Counted from the first letter of the stretch, positions 11,876-23,864 are shown. The stretch is 64,000 nt of DNA from an uncultured Nitrososphaeraceae archaeon (GCA_963729045.1 CAVSMN010000010.1:96001-160000); one strand, 5' to 3'. Numbers and translations: made by a program. The notes: generated by a model from the sequence alone, not told the origin.

Positions 11876-12403
11876 ATGGAAAATGTAAATCCTATTCCAA
11901 CTGGATACGACAGAATAATTCCTCATATTTTTGTGCCTGATTCTGCAGCTGCCATCGAATTTTATACTAAAGTATTTGGTGCAGTTGAAGAGTACCGTCA
12001 TTCGATTCCTGGAGATAAGAGTAAAGGAAATAAAGAAAAGATTGTTCATGCGGTGATAAACATAGGAAAGTCAAAAATCATGCTGGCTGATGAATTTCCA
12101 GAAATGTGTAATGAACACGTCAAGGTGGGCGAAAAAATAGGGGCACCTAGTACGATAGGAGGTAATTCAGTATTTCTTAACATGTATTTTGAGAATGTTG
12201 ATGATATCTTTGAAAGAGCTAAAATGGAGGGAGCAACTGTGATTATGCCTTTAACGGACGCGTTTTGGGGAGATAGATATGGTCAATTTAAAGATCCATT
12301 TGGACATATTTGGGAAGTTGCCACGCACAAAAAAGATATGACAAACAAGGAATTAGAAAATGCAGCTAAAGAATTCTTTGAAAAAATGGGAAATATGAGC
12401 TAA
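11876..12403 (+). CDS. VOC family protein (PhnB-like)
   Basis: AAIEFYTKVFGA, IMLADEFP, FWGDRYGQFKDPFGHIW. Confidence 0.9.
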   Translation: MENVNPIPTGYDRIIPHIFVPDSAAAIEFYTKVFGAVEEYRHSIPGDKSKGNKEKIVHAVINIGKSKIMLADEFPEMCNEHVKVGEKIGAPSTIGGNSVFLNMYFENVDDIFERAKMEGATVIMPLTDAFWGDRYGQFKDPFGHIWEVATHKKDMTNKELENAAKEFFEKMGNMS

Positions 12404-12691
12404 GGAACATATTTTTTACCTCAGGCATAATAGCAACAATAACAACAATCCATCACAGACAATACGCATAAAGGATTATTTTAAACCAATCCTTTCTTGT
12501 CGCAAGTTTTAAACAAATATAACATTACGCTAAGAAAATGCTTGGGAAATAAAGCGAGATGACATTTCTCCCCTCAAATAGACAGAACAAGTAGTAAACG
12601 CAAGTACCATTGAGATAGAAATAATGATTTGCCAGTATGGAAAAAGTTAAAAAAGGAATTAGATCCAAAAGCTTTTTTTCTGATCTAATAA

Positions 12692-12904
12692 TTATGCGGA
12701 GGCAGTAGTTACTGCAGGTTGACTATCAAAAAAGAGAGCCGACGAAGAAGATAAACATTCTCTCTCAGCACCATCGCCACTTTCAACTGCATTGACTTGT
12801 TGAATTGTAGAAGAAATATCGATTGTTCCCGGGGTTACTGCAACTATTGAGAACAATGCTACGGCTGCCAGAAGGCCAAGCCCCAAAATTTTTGGACTAT
12901 TCAT
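12692..12904 (-). CDS. Small secreted hypothetical protein
   Basis: N-terminal signal-like hydrophobic stretch. Confidence 0.5.
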   Translation of the reverse strand: MNSPKILGLGLLAAVALFSIVAVTPGTIDISSTIQQVNAVESGDGAERECLSSSSALFFDSQPAVTTASA

Positions 12905-13104
12905 TATATAAATACACTCATGCCAATATTTAAAATTGATGGCAACTGAAATAGGGTCTCCGACCTACTTGGATGCTATAAATTTCTAAATAATTATTTT
13001 ATCTGATAAATGATAAATGATAAGTGGTATTATGACTCTTTGAGTTTCCTCACATAAGCAATATTTATTACAAATTATGACACCAAACATACAAAGTCCA
13101 GGGT

Positions 13105-13719
13105 TCATTCTAGCTGTTTTAGTCGGGAAATGAAATCGGATAGTCTGAAGGGCATGGTTAGAATATCCTCCTCATCTATCATTGCAGACCTTAAGACATT
13201 CTTTGGTAAGTATTCCACCGGAGTTGTTGTAACCATAAGTATTCTTTGGGTAGGTTTTATATCGTGTATCTTTTTTGCTAGGTCAAGGCCACCTAAACCT
13301 TTTAGGTGAGTATCCAATACGACCACGTCGTACGGTCTACCCTTGTTTTCATTCTCAAGAAAAACTTCAAGGGCCACCTCACCATCAGCGACTGTAGCCG
13401 ATTTTACTCCCAGAGTTTCCAGAAATGTCTTAAACAAGGATAGAATATCTGGTTCTGGTTCTGCAATTAAGATTTGGTCTGGTTCAAATTCTTTTGATAA
13501 GGAATTATTGGACTTACTATCTTCAACTTTGCTTGATGTTCTTTTGTATTCATTGGATAAGCTGGAATCTGCAACGGATGCAGCTGAACTATATGTTTTG
13601 TCTTTAAACCAAGTAATTTCAGCATAATCTTTATAAGGTTTGTCCACAGGTTTTTCAAATGGTTGTTCCTGTTCCCGTTGGATTTCAGATTCTTCAAAGT
13701 TCATAACCATTTCATTCAC
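13105..13719 (-). CDS. Response regulator receiver protein with N-terminal extension
   Basis: ILIAEPEPD, YDVVVLDTHL..LGGLDLA, ILMVT, MPF (atypical). Confidence 0.8.
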   Translation of the reverse strand: MNEMVMNFEESEIQREQEQPFEKPVDKPYKDYAEITWFKDKTYSSAASVADSSLSNEYKRTSSKVEDSKSNNSLSKEFEPDQILIAEPEPDILSLFKTFLETLGVKSATVADGEVALEVFLENENKGRPYDVVVLDTHLKGLGGLDLAKKIHDIKPTQRILMVTTTPVEYLPKNVLRSAMIDEEDILTMPFRLSDFISRLKQLE

Positions 13720-14334
13720 CTTAGACTACAAAGATATAATCAACATAGCTTAAATACATCGTTTTAAGCCAAATCATCTAATTTGTTCTGATAGCATACT
13801 GCCAAGGGTGAGGATTACTTTTATGGTGGCATTGAATACCCATACCCAAATTTTTGACATACTTCAATACATCATAATCTTTCAAACCACACTTAGACAT
13901 AACATCAATCTTAAAATTGATAAAGCGAAATGAATAAGCATTTTAATACCTCAATTGAATAACACTAGCAAACTAATTTACCAAATCCTTCGGTGAAGAT
14001 TAGTTATATGACTTTAAATGCCCAAAGTTTACACCAACTTGATGGGTTTGCAATCAAAAAAAATAATAATTTGATTTACTACCGCATTCATACAAGTGAC
14101 CATTATTACAAAGACCTTATGAACTTAATTTCAGTCTTATTCTACACAAACAAACATGTGCTATGTTGCTCCAAACCTCAACTATCATGATAAAATTGAT
14201 CAAAATATAATGCTTGAATCAACATGAAGATACATTTTCCATTCTAGACAGATATTTCCCAGTTGGATAGATACAGAAATAACCACAAAATAAGATAAAT
14301 AATTATGTGTAGACCACCAAAATAATTTAGATCT

Positions 14335-14706
14335 GTGAATAAAGACTTAGAAATAACAAAAAGTATAATGACCCATATACATCTGATCTTAGGAAACGAA
14401 CCTAAGAAAAATCATACATTTAATTCCATACAGGAGTTATATGATAAAATAGATGCGAGACTTGAACCCAATGATACAACCAAAGGGACAAGTTATCATA
14501 GAAAGGAACTATTATATACATTTGACAAAAACATTGAATGGATGAAAGTTAGAAAAATAATTATTTTTGATCACGATAAGAAAAGTGGCATTCTAGGTAT
14601 TAAAATAGATAAAGAAAAGTTGGTGAAATACATTGTAGATCCTGAGACGCCTTTGATAGAAACAAATGAAGATAATGATAGACAAAATGGACAAAATATG
14701 GTATAG
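14335..14706 (+). CDS. Hypothetical protein
   Basis: 123-aa ORF. Confidence 0.5.
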   Translation: MNKDLEITKSIMTHIHLILGNEPKKNHTFNSIQELYDKIDARLEPNDTTKGTSYHRKELLYTFDKNIEWMKVRKIIIFDHDKKSGILGIKIDKEKLVKYIVDPETPLIETNEDNDRQNGQNMV

Positions 14707-14765
14707 TCATAATCATTACAAATGCAATATCATGAATTTGTTGATGCTTTACACCACAAAATGTA

Positions 14766-15608
14766 CTATCTTTTTGCAATGGTCAATAGGTAACCTAATC
14801 CTATACTATTGTCAAAGACATATGGATCTATTGCTTTCAAGAAATCATCTCTAAGTGAATCGGTTTCATAAGAATCACCACGTTTCTTTAATATTTGAAT
14901 AGTATTAATCAATGGTCCATATTTTGTACTCATAAATTCCCAAAAGTGATTTGGACTAAGAATTGGGAAAAGTACCGTTCCTCGTTCAAATTGCACTTTT
15001 GTTACTTCATTTAATCTTTTTTCTATTACTTCAGGAACACCCCACAGTATTGGGGAGGGCGAACTATTGACTGGTCTAGGTAAATGTTTCCCATTTACTT
15101 TAAATATTGATCCAATCGCAAGTTCGGGTGGCCAAGTTGCGAATCCTATTCTACCACCTTTCTTTGTTACTCGAATCATTTCTTTGGCAACGAGGTCTGC
15201 CTGAGGGGCAAACATATGTCCAAAGGTTGAAAGAACGACATCAAAGGATTCGTCCTCAAATGGTAGATTCTGGGCATCACCCTCTTTCCAAGTTATCCCG
15301 TCGACCTGTGCTATTTTCGCTTCTTCTGCGGCGAGATCTAAAAGTTCAGTCGTTATATCAATTCCGGTTACATTTGCACCCATTCTCCGGGCCGTAATTG
15401 CAGTGTTACCATTTCCGCATGCGATATCAAGAACATCCTCTCCAGATCGAATATTTATTGATCTCACCAGGTGAGAGGAAATTGAAGGAAGCATTGTAGA
15501 AATAGTACGGTAATCACCTAGTTTCCATACATTCTCTGTTTTGGTTTTTTTCAAACTTTCTTTGTCACTTGCTTCATTCTCTTTATTTGATAGATTTAGT
15601 TGACTCAT
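14766..15608 (-). CDS. Class I SAM-dependent methyltransferase
   Basis: VLDIACGNG, GDAQNLPFEDESFDVVLS; paralog of 17488-18300. Confidence 0.9.
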   Translation of the reverse strand: MSQLNLSNKENEASDKESLKKTKTENVWKLGDYRTISTMLPSISSHLVRSINIRSGEDVLDIACGNGNTAITARRMGANVTGIDITTELLDLAAEEAKIAQVDGITWKEGDAQNLPFEDESFDVVLSTFGHMFAPQADLVAKEMIRVTKKGGRIGFATWPPELAIGSIFKVNGKHLPRPVNSSPSPILWGVPEVIEKRLNEVTKVQFERGTVLFPILSPNHFWEFMSTKYGPLINTIQILKKRGDSYETDSLRDDFLKAIDPYVFDNSIGLGYLLTIAKR

Positions 15609-15702
15609 ATTGTGATATCACGATATCACTTTATAAATAGTTTTCTATTGATGATATCTAGATATCAGAACTTATATTGCTCTGGAGGCATCATAATAGG
15701 AT

Positions 15703-16362
15703 ATGGCTCGTAACATGATAATCCGAGGCTTCGACGATGAGATTCATTCTCAACTGGGCGATCAATCAAAAAAGAAGGGTGTTTCCATAAATTCAATTGT
15801 AAAGGACGCCGTAGATCAATGGCTAAAAAAACAGGACGAAATCCCAAAACGACATCATTTACTTCTATATGATAATACAGAGTCTGTTATCCGAATGATC
15901 AAGTCATTAGATAAATTGGCCAAGGAAGGTGAATGGTTTAGATGTTTCGTCTCTTCATCAAATTCTTCACTTACCGAGGTGTTAGAAAAACTAGACTGGT
16001 TTGACGGGACAATAACACCGTACAAGTCGTCCCAAAAAGATCCCCTGAAACACATTAAAGACATATTGCAAAACATTTCCCAGAATTCTAATAATAAAGA
16101 AATATGTTTGCTTGATTTCCTCATTAATGATATTGCAGACTCGTCAGTCAACGAAGCATGTTATCTTGAAAAAGAATATGACAAGAATAGATTAGAGGGT
16201 CTGGTATTTTGTGCGTATGAGTTAAATAATCTATTTAAAGCTTCTACAACAGAAATGATAGAAATGTTCGAGTTACATGATCAGGTATTTATCCTCAATA
16301 ATGATCAAATTTACAAAATGCATTTGACCAAAGAAAATATGCATAAACTTTTCTTGAGTTAG
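15703..16362 (+). CDS. Ribbon-helix-helix plus MEDS-like domain regulator
   Basis: N-terminal IIRGFDDEIH...GVSINSIVKDAV (RHH); HHLLLYD and FCAYE are MEDS-like. Confidence 0.65.
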   Translation: MARNMIIRGFDDEIHSQLGDQSKKKGVSINSIVKDAVDQWLKKQDEIPKRHHLLLYDNTESVIRMIKSLDKLAKEGEWFRCFVSSSNSSLTEVLEKLDWFDGTITPYKSSQKDPLKHIKDILQNISQNSNNKEICLLDFLINDIADSSVNEACYLEKEYDKNRLEGLVFCAYELNNLFKASTTEMIEMFELHDQVFILNNDQIYKMHLTKENMHKLFLS

Positions 16363-16615
16363 TAATATACACGAATAAGAATTAAACGTTCCTTATTATC
16401 GATCCGATATGAATGAAAAAGAAGTTAGCGCAGAAATCAAATATAAAACATTAAGGTGTAATCGATAATTAAAATTATCATATTTGATCTAAACATTTTA
16501 GAATACCATTATTTAGAAATAGTAAACCATTATTGTTGGAATGTTAATTCAATACAAATATCAAAGATCAGAAAATTCAATGATTTTTAATAGATGGTAA
16601 AAGCAAAAAAAAGAT

Positions 16616-16891
16616 TTATTGTTGGCCTAATGCCAAATCGCCTAATTGTTCTTGCAATTGTATTCCTACATTGTTACATGATGCGAAGGTGATTTCACCA
16701 GATACACATTGTGCATTCTGTTCGTTTGATTGTCCTTGTTCGATTCCCTGCTCTGCTTCGTTATGTTTACCTGTTGCAAAGGCCATGTTATCACCAAAGG
16801 CTACGACTGAACCAACGAGAGCTGCAGCGATAAACATCATTGCAAATATTCCAATCTTACTAGTTTTTGTTATGTTACTCATTATAATCAT
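16616..16891 (-). CDS. Secreted Q/N-rich small protein
   Basis: Signal peptide then AEQGIEQGQSNEQNAQCVSG...SCNNVGIQLQ. Confidence 0.75.
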   Translation of the reverse strand: MIIMSNITKTSKIGIFAMMFIAAALVGSVVAFGDNMAFATGKHNEAEQGIEQGQSNEQNAQCVSGEITFASCNNVGIQLQEQLGDLALGQQ

Positions 16892-17139
16892 AATGTATAG
16901 ATGAAATTTATTATATCATAGTTTGGATACTCATTCCTGTCATATTTCTATAAAATACTTAACCAGTAAAATATTCTGATATATAATTTTGTGAAAATAT
17001 ACGGACGATAATGCAACATAGATACATCGAATAGTCACACTCTATCAAATCAGCATACCAAAGAAAAGTAAATTGAAGAACTCCAATTTAGGTTTCATTA
17101 CTGCTAATTTGAGACTGCCTCAGGCTAGTTTTATAAATT

Positions 17140-17403
17140 ATGATCGCAATACTATATCATATAATGGAATTAACGAAAGTCGAGAGAGAAAATAAAGTGT
17201 ATGTAAATGATAAAGCAATAGTTCTGGACAAGAATACCATTACTGCATCTGAATTATTGGAATTAGCTGGATTTTCATCTCTAGCGTACAATATCTACCT
17301 AGTTCTAGATAGAAAGAGGAAGAAGATCAAATTGTTGGGCGAAAATAAGAAAATTAAGATTGAAACAGGAATGCGTTTTGATGCAGCCTTAAAACAGAAT
17401 TAG
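17140..17403 (+). CDS. Multiubiquitin-domain-like (beta-grasp) protein
   Basis: VYVNDK...ITASELLELAG...Y...IKIETGMRF pattern. Confidence 0.55.
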   Translation: MIAILYHIMELTKVERENKVYVNDKAIVLDKNTITASELLELAGFSSLAYNIYLVLDRKRKKIKLLGENKKIKIETGMRFDAALKQN

Positions 17404-17487
17404 TTATGGCAATCATGATAAGATGAGAACATGCTTTAGTTCCAGTATTTTTTCTATTCAAGTTATATAAGAAAAATTAGATTATAA

Positions 17488-18300
17488 TTATACCTTTGTT
17501 GCTATAGTCAGCAAATAACCTAATCGCACTATATTATCATGTATGTATGGTTCCAAGGTTTTAAGATAGTCTTGTCTAATCAATTCTATTTTTTCTATTT
17601 TATTCTCCTTCTCAAGTCCCCGAATTAATTGAATCATTGATCCTGATTTTGTTGCCATCTCCTGCCAATAGTGATTTGGACTAAGGATAGGATATTCAAT
17701 GGTATCCCTTTCAAAAAATATATCCTTAACGTCGAATAATAGTTCTTGGATGTTGCTTGGGATTCCCCACTGCATAGGGGACAGAGGAGGTGCTAGTGAT
17801 TGGTTGTTTTGAACGGTGGGTAAATACTTTGAGATCGTTGCATACATTCTTCCCCATGCAAGTTCTGGAGACCAGGTAGCAAATCCCATGCGTCCACCTT
17901 CCTTGAGAACCCTTTGCATCTCATTTGCCGTTGCTTTTTGATTTAATGCAAACATGTGACCAAATGTTGATAATACAATATCAAATGATTCATCTTCAAA
18001 TGGAAGGCTTTCAACGTTACCCTCTCTCCATTCAATCCCGCTGACTTTTGCTATAGACTCCTCCTCTTTTGCTTGTGTTAAAAGTTCAGGTGTAATGTCT
18101 ATGCCTGTCACCTTTGCACCGGCTCTGCGTGCAGTTATTGCAGTGTTACCAAATCCGCACGCCACATCTAAAACAGAATCTACAGGTTTAACATTAACAA
18201 GTCTTACTAGCTTAGCAGAGACTGGAGAAATTACCTTGCCAATACTTCTATAATCACCTAAGGTCCATCTTTCTCTGATGCTCTGGTCTGAATTATTCAA
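17488..18300 (-). CDS. Class I SAM-dependent methyltransferase
   Basis: VLDVACGFG, LPFEDESFDIVLSTFGHMFA. Confidence 0.9.
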   Translation of the reverse strand: MNNSDQSIRERWTLGDYRSIGKVISPVSAKLVRLVNVKPVDSVLDVACGFGNTAITARRAGAKVTGIDITPELLTQAKEEESIAKVSGIEWREGNVESLPFEDESFDIVLSTFGHMFALNQKATANEMQRVLKEGGRMGFATWSPELAWGRMYATISKYLPTVQNNQSLAPPLSPMQWGIPSNIQELLFDVKDIFFERDTIEYPILSPNHYWQEMATKSGSMIQLIRGLEKENKIEKIELIRQDYLKTLEPYIHDNIVRLGYLLTIATKV

Positions 18301-18371
18301 TCTAAAACCATACCTCAGTTTAGTCTGATAAACTTTAATATTGTATTTATGACGATATATAGTAAGAGAGT

Positions 18372-19569
18372 CTATACCATATATTCGTGATTTAATTTTC
18401 CATTGCTATCTACAATTACATCATGGTTATGAATGAGTCTTGAAAGGAATGCATTAAATGGATATTGATCAAGTAATGACTTTGGGTATGGGACATACAT
18501 AGGAACCGTCAAAAGGTTTTTCGTGCCACCAGTTCTCCAGATTTATGCATTCCTCAAAATGCTTGTTCTTAAGCAGCAATGTAGCACAATCTGCGGTTAA
18601 ACGTATATGCTTATCTTTTCTGTTTGTGTCTTTATTGGCCTTAAAAATCATTTCTTCTTTTAATTTATTAAAAGATTCTAAATGTCCTACCATCGCATTA
18701 ACATAATAGGGTACCAAGTCAACAACAATCAGATTTCCTTTTTCTAGGTTTTCTTGATAATTTGTGATCTGTGATGAAAAGTTTTTTAAATAGCCTTCAT
18801 TTGCTAAACTAACAGAGGCATGAACGCATATCTGACCTCGCTTTAAGCCTTCATTAATATATGCCGAAATTGCCTTGTCTAAATCATCTTGTTTATCATA
18901 CAAAAGTATGACATGCATGTTGGTACTAGGAGTAATCAAAGCATCGTAGTTCATTTCATTTATTAGAGTATGATTCTTTACTAATGTCCTAAATGCTTCT
19001 GGACTTATCTCTTGCATCAACCCTATTTCATAAGCACACAAAGTATTTGCTGGACGGGAAGCACCTTCTTGTGTTAATTCATAATTGAGCAACGCATCGT
19101 AATATTTCCTCTCAAAAAATGGTTTCATATCGTAAAAAGCTCGAAATATTTTTTTGCCTTCCTTTGGTAAAATAAAATGATTACACTCACTATTATCTTT
19201 ATTCTCAATTTTAGTATCTTTGTGAATCGGGGAAAGACTTTTACTCACTGTTATTCCTCCAGAGGACGACACCCTACCCATTTCTAACATGTCGTCAGAA
19301 AAATACCACTGGGTACTCGACAAGATAGTAATTGTCCCATCATTTACTAAGGTAGAGATATTGAATCGATATTGACAAATCTTTTTTAGTCTTTCTATAA
19401 TTTCTTCTTTAGGAAGATCATCTGTTACAAACAAAACAGATTCATCATTTTCCAAACCCTCAATCAAATATTTAAAACCAGCATCTAATTTCTCTTGACT
19501 ATTAGAATAAATGGAAAATGTATGTGAGATAATATCACTCTTTTTGGGTTTATATACATTAATTGTCAA
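18372..19569 (-). CDS. Tandem MEDS-domain protein, frameshift near 18490
   Basis: Two H...Y...Y..EGL motifs and LCAY/YVCP. The alternate frame continues YPKSLLDQYPF...HNHDVIV. Confidence 0.75.
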
Positions 19570-19682
19570 GATTATACACTATTCTATTATGATCATGAAG
19601 TATATGAGTATTATTAAGAATAAAAAAATTAGATTCGAGAATGCTAGAAAAACTAAGTGACCTAGCATACCCTTAACTATGT

Positions 19683-20504
19683 TTACTTTTCAATACTCGC
19701 GTTATTATACGCCTTCGCCAGAGCTTGACTATTCAAAAGATCCCCTTGATTTAGATTTTGACTTGGATTTCCAATAGTTGAAGGAAGACTGGTAACCTGT
19801 GTTTGGTTCGTTATTATGCTACCAAAAGGAACAAGCGTATTGTCTGGAATTTCAACTCCTATCACAATGCTGCCAAGCCTTATGACAACATTATTACCTA
19901 TTTTTGAATCAAGTACTGCACTTTTTACACCTACTATGGTGTTATTTCCAATCCAAACAGGTCCGTGGACTATTGAATCATGTGCTAGACTCACATTGCC
20001 ACTGATGAAAATAGCATATCCCTGATCGAACCTCGTATCATTCCCCAGTAATCGTTCCCCATTCTGAGAGAACCTTTTGTTATCATTATTTACGCCATCT
20101 TTAACAGCATCAATGGCATGTAGTATGACCCCATCTTGTACGTTAGAATAATCTCCGACATGAATTGGAACACCTTCATCGGCCCTGCAAACTGCCGTTG
20201 GAGCCATTAATACTTCCTTACCTATAAAACAATCACCTATGACAACTGCAAAAGGATGTATAAAAGCTGAATCATCTATTTTAGGAGAGGAAACATTTGA
20301 AACTACAAATGTTTTTACATTAGACATTATGTTTGGCCATTGGTTTGTTGCTCTCGTGTCATTAGTTTCTTTACCTATTGCTAGTGGTCCCTGATGACCA
20401 ACAAAGACAACTATCCCCATTACTATTAGCAAGGTCATGACTGTTACCCGTATAGTAATATTCTTGTTTGTATTAATTCTCATTAGATCAATTGTATGTT
20501 TCAA
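19683..20504 (-). CDS. Gamma-class carbonic anhydrase (Cam-like) with N-terminal signal/anchor
   Basis: Hexapeptide repeats; RADEG, NVQDGVILH, SLAHDSIVHGP. Confidence 0.88.
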   Translation of the reverse strand: MKHTIDLMRINTNKNITIRVTVMTLLIVMGIVVFVGHQGPLAIGKETNDTRATNQWPNIMSNVKTFVVSNVSSPKIDDSAFIHPFAVVIGDCFIGKEVLMAPTAVCRADEGVPIHVGDYSNVQDGVILHAIDAVKDGVNNDNKRFSQNGERLLGNDTRFDQGYAIFISGNVSLAHDSIVHGPVWIGNNTIVGVKSAVLDSKIGNNVVIRLGSIVIGVEIPDNTLVPFGSIITNQTQVTSLPSTIGNPSQNLNQGDLLNSQALAKAYNNASIEK

Positions 20505-20848
20505 ATGTATATAAACAAATGAGTTTTGACGGATTATTGATTAAATAATACATTTCCGTTTTTAGAATTGTTCGCCTCACCCTTTTTCATTCTCATAATC
20601 TGGATCCTTAAAAAATAGGAAAAGTCTTTTTTATTGGTATGGTAATCAAAGTAAAAATTCCTATATAAAAAATTACATGCAGAATTTGAACCAAAATTAT
20701 CAAATAATCAGGAAATAGGATATCTTGATCGATCATAATACTACTGGCGATCTAGTTATCTATGATGATCAAAATGATAAATTATTAGTCTCAATCAATA
20801 CTACCTTTTATTCAAAATCGATATTAGATTCATTATGTCCAAAATCTT

Positions 20849-21413
20849 ATGAAAATACAAAAAGGATTTATTGCATTATGCATCTTGGTCTCCTCCGTAT
20901 TTGTGATTGCGAATGAGTTGAGTCCAGTTGAACTGATTTTTGCTCAGAATGAAGATAACAATGTAATTGGACAAGAAGGGGATGGAAATGACGCATCTCA
21001 AAGTGAAGAAGATTCTCAAGAAACAGATCAAAATAGTCAATGTGTTTCTGGAGACAGTAATTTCTTTGGTTGTAACGATGGGAGTTCAAACAGTATCGAT
21101 ACAAATGAACAAGGAACACCGGGAATGGGATTTCCAGTAATCATCAGTAATGACAATATTTATGTTCGGGATGGAAATCGAGATACTGCTACTGGTCCTG
21201 ATACAGCCCTTTCAACCGTAGCATGTGATGCCGGGGATGCTTTGATAAGTGGAACCTCTAATTATGAACTATCGGATGGATCGGCATTGGCATCTGATAA
21301 ATCATTTTCTAAGACATCTTGGATTTTCTTGGAATGTTCAAGGTACAGCTCAGGATAACGGAGAGATCACTGTTACTGCTAAGATTTTATGCTATAACAA
21401 TCCCTCCCCATAA
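20849..21413 (+). CDS. Secreted protein with QCVSG motif, frameshift near C-terminus
   Basis: Signal peptide; QETDQNSQCVSG..GCN; C-terminal ACDAGDALISG. The alternate frame ends ILCYNNPSP* at 21413. Confidence 0.65.
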
Positions 21414-21916
21414 TTTTATCTTTTTTAGTAAATGACTTTTTTGGTGATTTCTTTATGAATAGTCCCTAAGGAAGAAATTCTTGAATTGTGACAAAGGAAT
21501 CTTCTATTACCAATTGACAATCTAACACATAATACCAATCAACTAATAGTAATTTATTAACAGATCTAAAATATTCTATTTTCATTAGTAAGTTTAAAAT
21601 TCACTCTTTATGTTTAAGATCATTTCAAAACATCATCACCATCTGATGGATACGCATATAATGATTCTAGCGTCAAATATAAGCAACATATATAAATATC
21701 AAATTTGGGTGTCACCTTTTTTTTGAAATAATACTCAATTTTTTTAAAGTAATTATAGTTTTTAGTACATGGAAGCCAGTAAATTAATCATTTATAGGTC
21801 AATTAATGATATTTAGTGTGATTTTTTTTTGAATTCTTCTTAATTATTGTATATTAACGGCTAGAACAATGTTGTCTTAAATGAAAATACTTATTTACCT
21901 AGGACTTGGATAAACC

Positions 21917-22290
21917 GTGATGAACAAAATTAGAAATTTAAGCATCTTTATTGTAGCATTTTCTGTACTGATGATTGGCGCATCAGCAGCATCTACCATA
22001 GGTTCAATTAGTCCAGTATTTGCTAGTACAGACAATTCTAACAATGATGATCAATCTAACAATGATGATCAATCTAACATGATGATCAATCTAACATGAT
22101 GATCAATCTAACAATGATCAATCTAGTTCAAGTCAAACAGCTAATGAACAACCATCTTTAGAAACTGTAGACACTCATTTGGAAAGTTGTATTCAACAGA
22201 TAGCAAAATGATAACACTGATGAGGCCTTAAATGATTGTCAAAATGCTGATGATGAGTTAGACAGATTATTAGCTAATGCAACTGGATGA
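21917..22290 (+). pseudogene. Secreted protein with SNNDDQ repeats, frameshifted
   Basis: Signal peptide; the frame breaks within the tandem repeat. Confidence 0.55.
22037..22125 (+). repeat. Tandem repeat (tctaacaatgatgatcaa)n, about 5 imperfect units
   Basis: Directly visible; some units lack one base. Confidence 0.85.
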
Positions 22291-22689
22291 TGATGTATAA
22301 GGTTCGAAATATAACAAATTCGTCTTAACTGAATGAAATCAACTACAACACATTCCTTAATTTTTTTTATTACCAATCAGAGTTTATGATTATTAAAATT
22401 TATAAAATGCCTGCATACCTACTAAACTAGAAATATTAAGGTAACACTATTAGATTTGATCAAAAATGGTACTTTATTACAAGGGAACGATAATGATCCA
22501 AATGATACTTTTTTCCAGTAATCAATCTATAATTGAAACCTTAAATTCTGACAAAGTGTCGAATAACTCGACAGATTTGTTTGAATCTGAATTAATTTTC
22601 ATAAGCATAGAAACAAAGTTATCCTATAGGAAAAATTCGAAGTCAAATAATTGATAAAGTACAAATATTAAATTGAATTTGGATAAACA

Positions 22690-23025
22690 CTTAAGTTTCG
22701 TTTGAGTCAAATTATTATTGTGATTCCTTCAAACTTTGTATTTTTATTGGTAACATTGATCCCAATGTTCCACAATGATTTCCAGTAACGGAAAATCGAC
22801 AGACAATTTTGTTTTTTTCCTTTAGAATATTTAGGATTAATATTTGTGACCTGGAAAATACAGACCAAATGCTTGATAAAAATTCCTTAAACTTTCAATT
22901 CCAGGTCTAACTCCTGGAAATCCTTGTGCATCGATTTTTTGATTATATGTTTGCATATAACCGTCGAGACCTTGAGCATTCATCTTTCAATTATTTCATG
23001 TAAAACATCCTCATATTGATTCAAT
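22690..23025 (-). pseudogene. Degraded SnoaL-like ester cyclase gene
   Basis: Fragments GFPGVRPGIESLRNFYQAF, KIVCRFSVTGNHCG and FEGITII, with stops and frameshifts. Confidence 0.5.
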
Positions 23026-23307
23026 TTGATTAGTTGAAAACAACAGGATCAATTAAATATTTTGAGGACGATTAGCTAAAGATTGATAAAATCATCAGAT
23101 CTTACAAAAATATATTAAGAATAAAATGCAACGTGAAGGATTTGAGCTTGACTACAATCTGACTGCAAATATTAATTATTTAAAGGATCATTATTCGGGA
23201 GAGCAAAGAATACCAATCAAATCTAGAATACGATATACGATGACTACATTTACTAAAACAAGATACAGATGGATATTTATTGCCAAAATAACAAAAGAAT
23301 TTGTTCT

Positions 23308-23571
23308 CTACATGCATTCATTTAAAACTATATCTATTTTGTCCTTTATTTGAAAAAGATTTTTCTTATTGACGGTAATACTATGAGATTCGATAAAGTT
23401 TTCGCCCCCATAAACTTGATGAACTATTGAATACTGATTCTCAAACATATTGTCTCCTTTATGTTGCTTGTAAAGATCATTAACTTCAATAATCCAACGG
23501 ATTTTATTTTCTTCTCCTGATGTACTTTCTTGTGAGATCACGAACGATATTGTAAGGTGGCTAAACTTCAT
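23308..23571 (-). CDS. Hypothetical protein
   Basis: 87-aa ORF. Confidence 0.35.
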   Translation of the reverse strand: MKFSHLTISFVISQESTSGEENKIRWIIEVNDLYKQHKGDNMFENQYSIVHQVYGGENFIESHSITVNKKNLFQIKDKIDIVLNECM

Positions 23572-23655
23572 TTATTTGTATCCACCCAAAGATCTTTATT
23601 TTCATAATCAATATGAACCAATTTTACTGATTATAATGTCCTATCTATTCTATCC

Positions 23656-23684
23656 AAAAGTGCAAAGTACAGGATTTGAAGCCG
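23656..23684 (-). repeat. tRNA 3'-end (T-arm/acceptor) repeat, degenerate copy
   Basis: + strand aaaagtgcaaagtacaggatttgaagccg. Confidence 0.75.
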
Positions 23685-23864
23685 ATCCTTCCTGCAGTAT
23701 TCGTTATCTAATTAAGTATTTCTTTAAGAAGGTGTATATTCTTGATATGGTAGTATTTGATTCTAGAGTATTAAACAAAATGATCTGAAACCACATAGAT
23801 ATATCCATTTGGTCTAGAACCATCTAAATTGTTGATTTTAGTAAAAAAAGATGGAATAAATTAT

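Noticed and set aside
20677..20692. atgcagaatttgaacc (and similar short matches at ~30938, ~37720, ~63027) as additional repeat copies
   Set aside because: Too short or degenerate to distinguish from chance in AT-rich DNA without a profile search.
22037..22125. 18-bp tandem repeat as a CRISPR or regulatory array
   Set aside because: There are no spacers; it encodes the SNNDDQ low-complexity region of a secreted protein.
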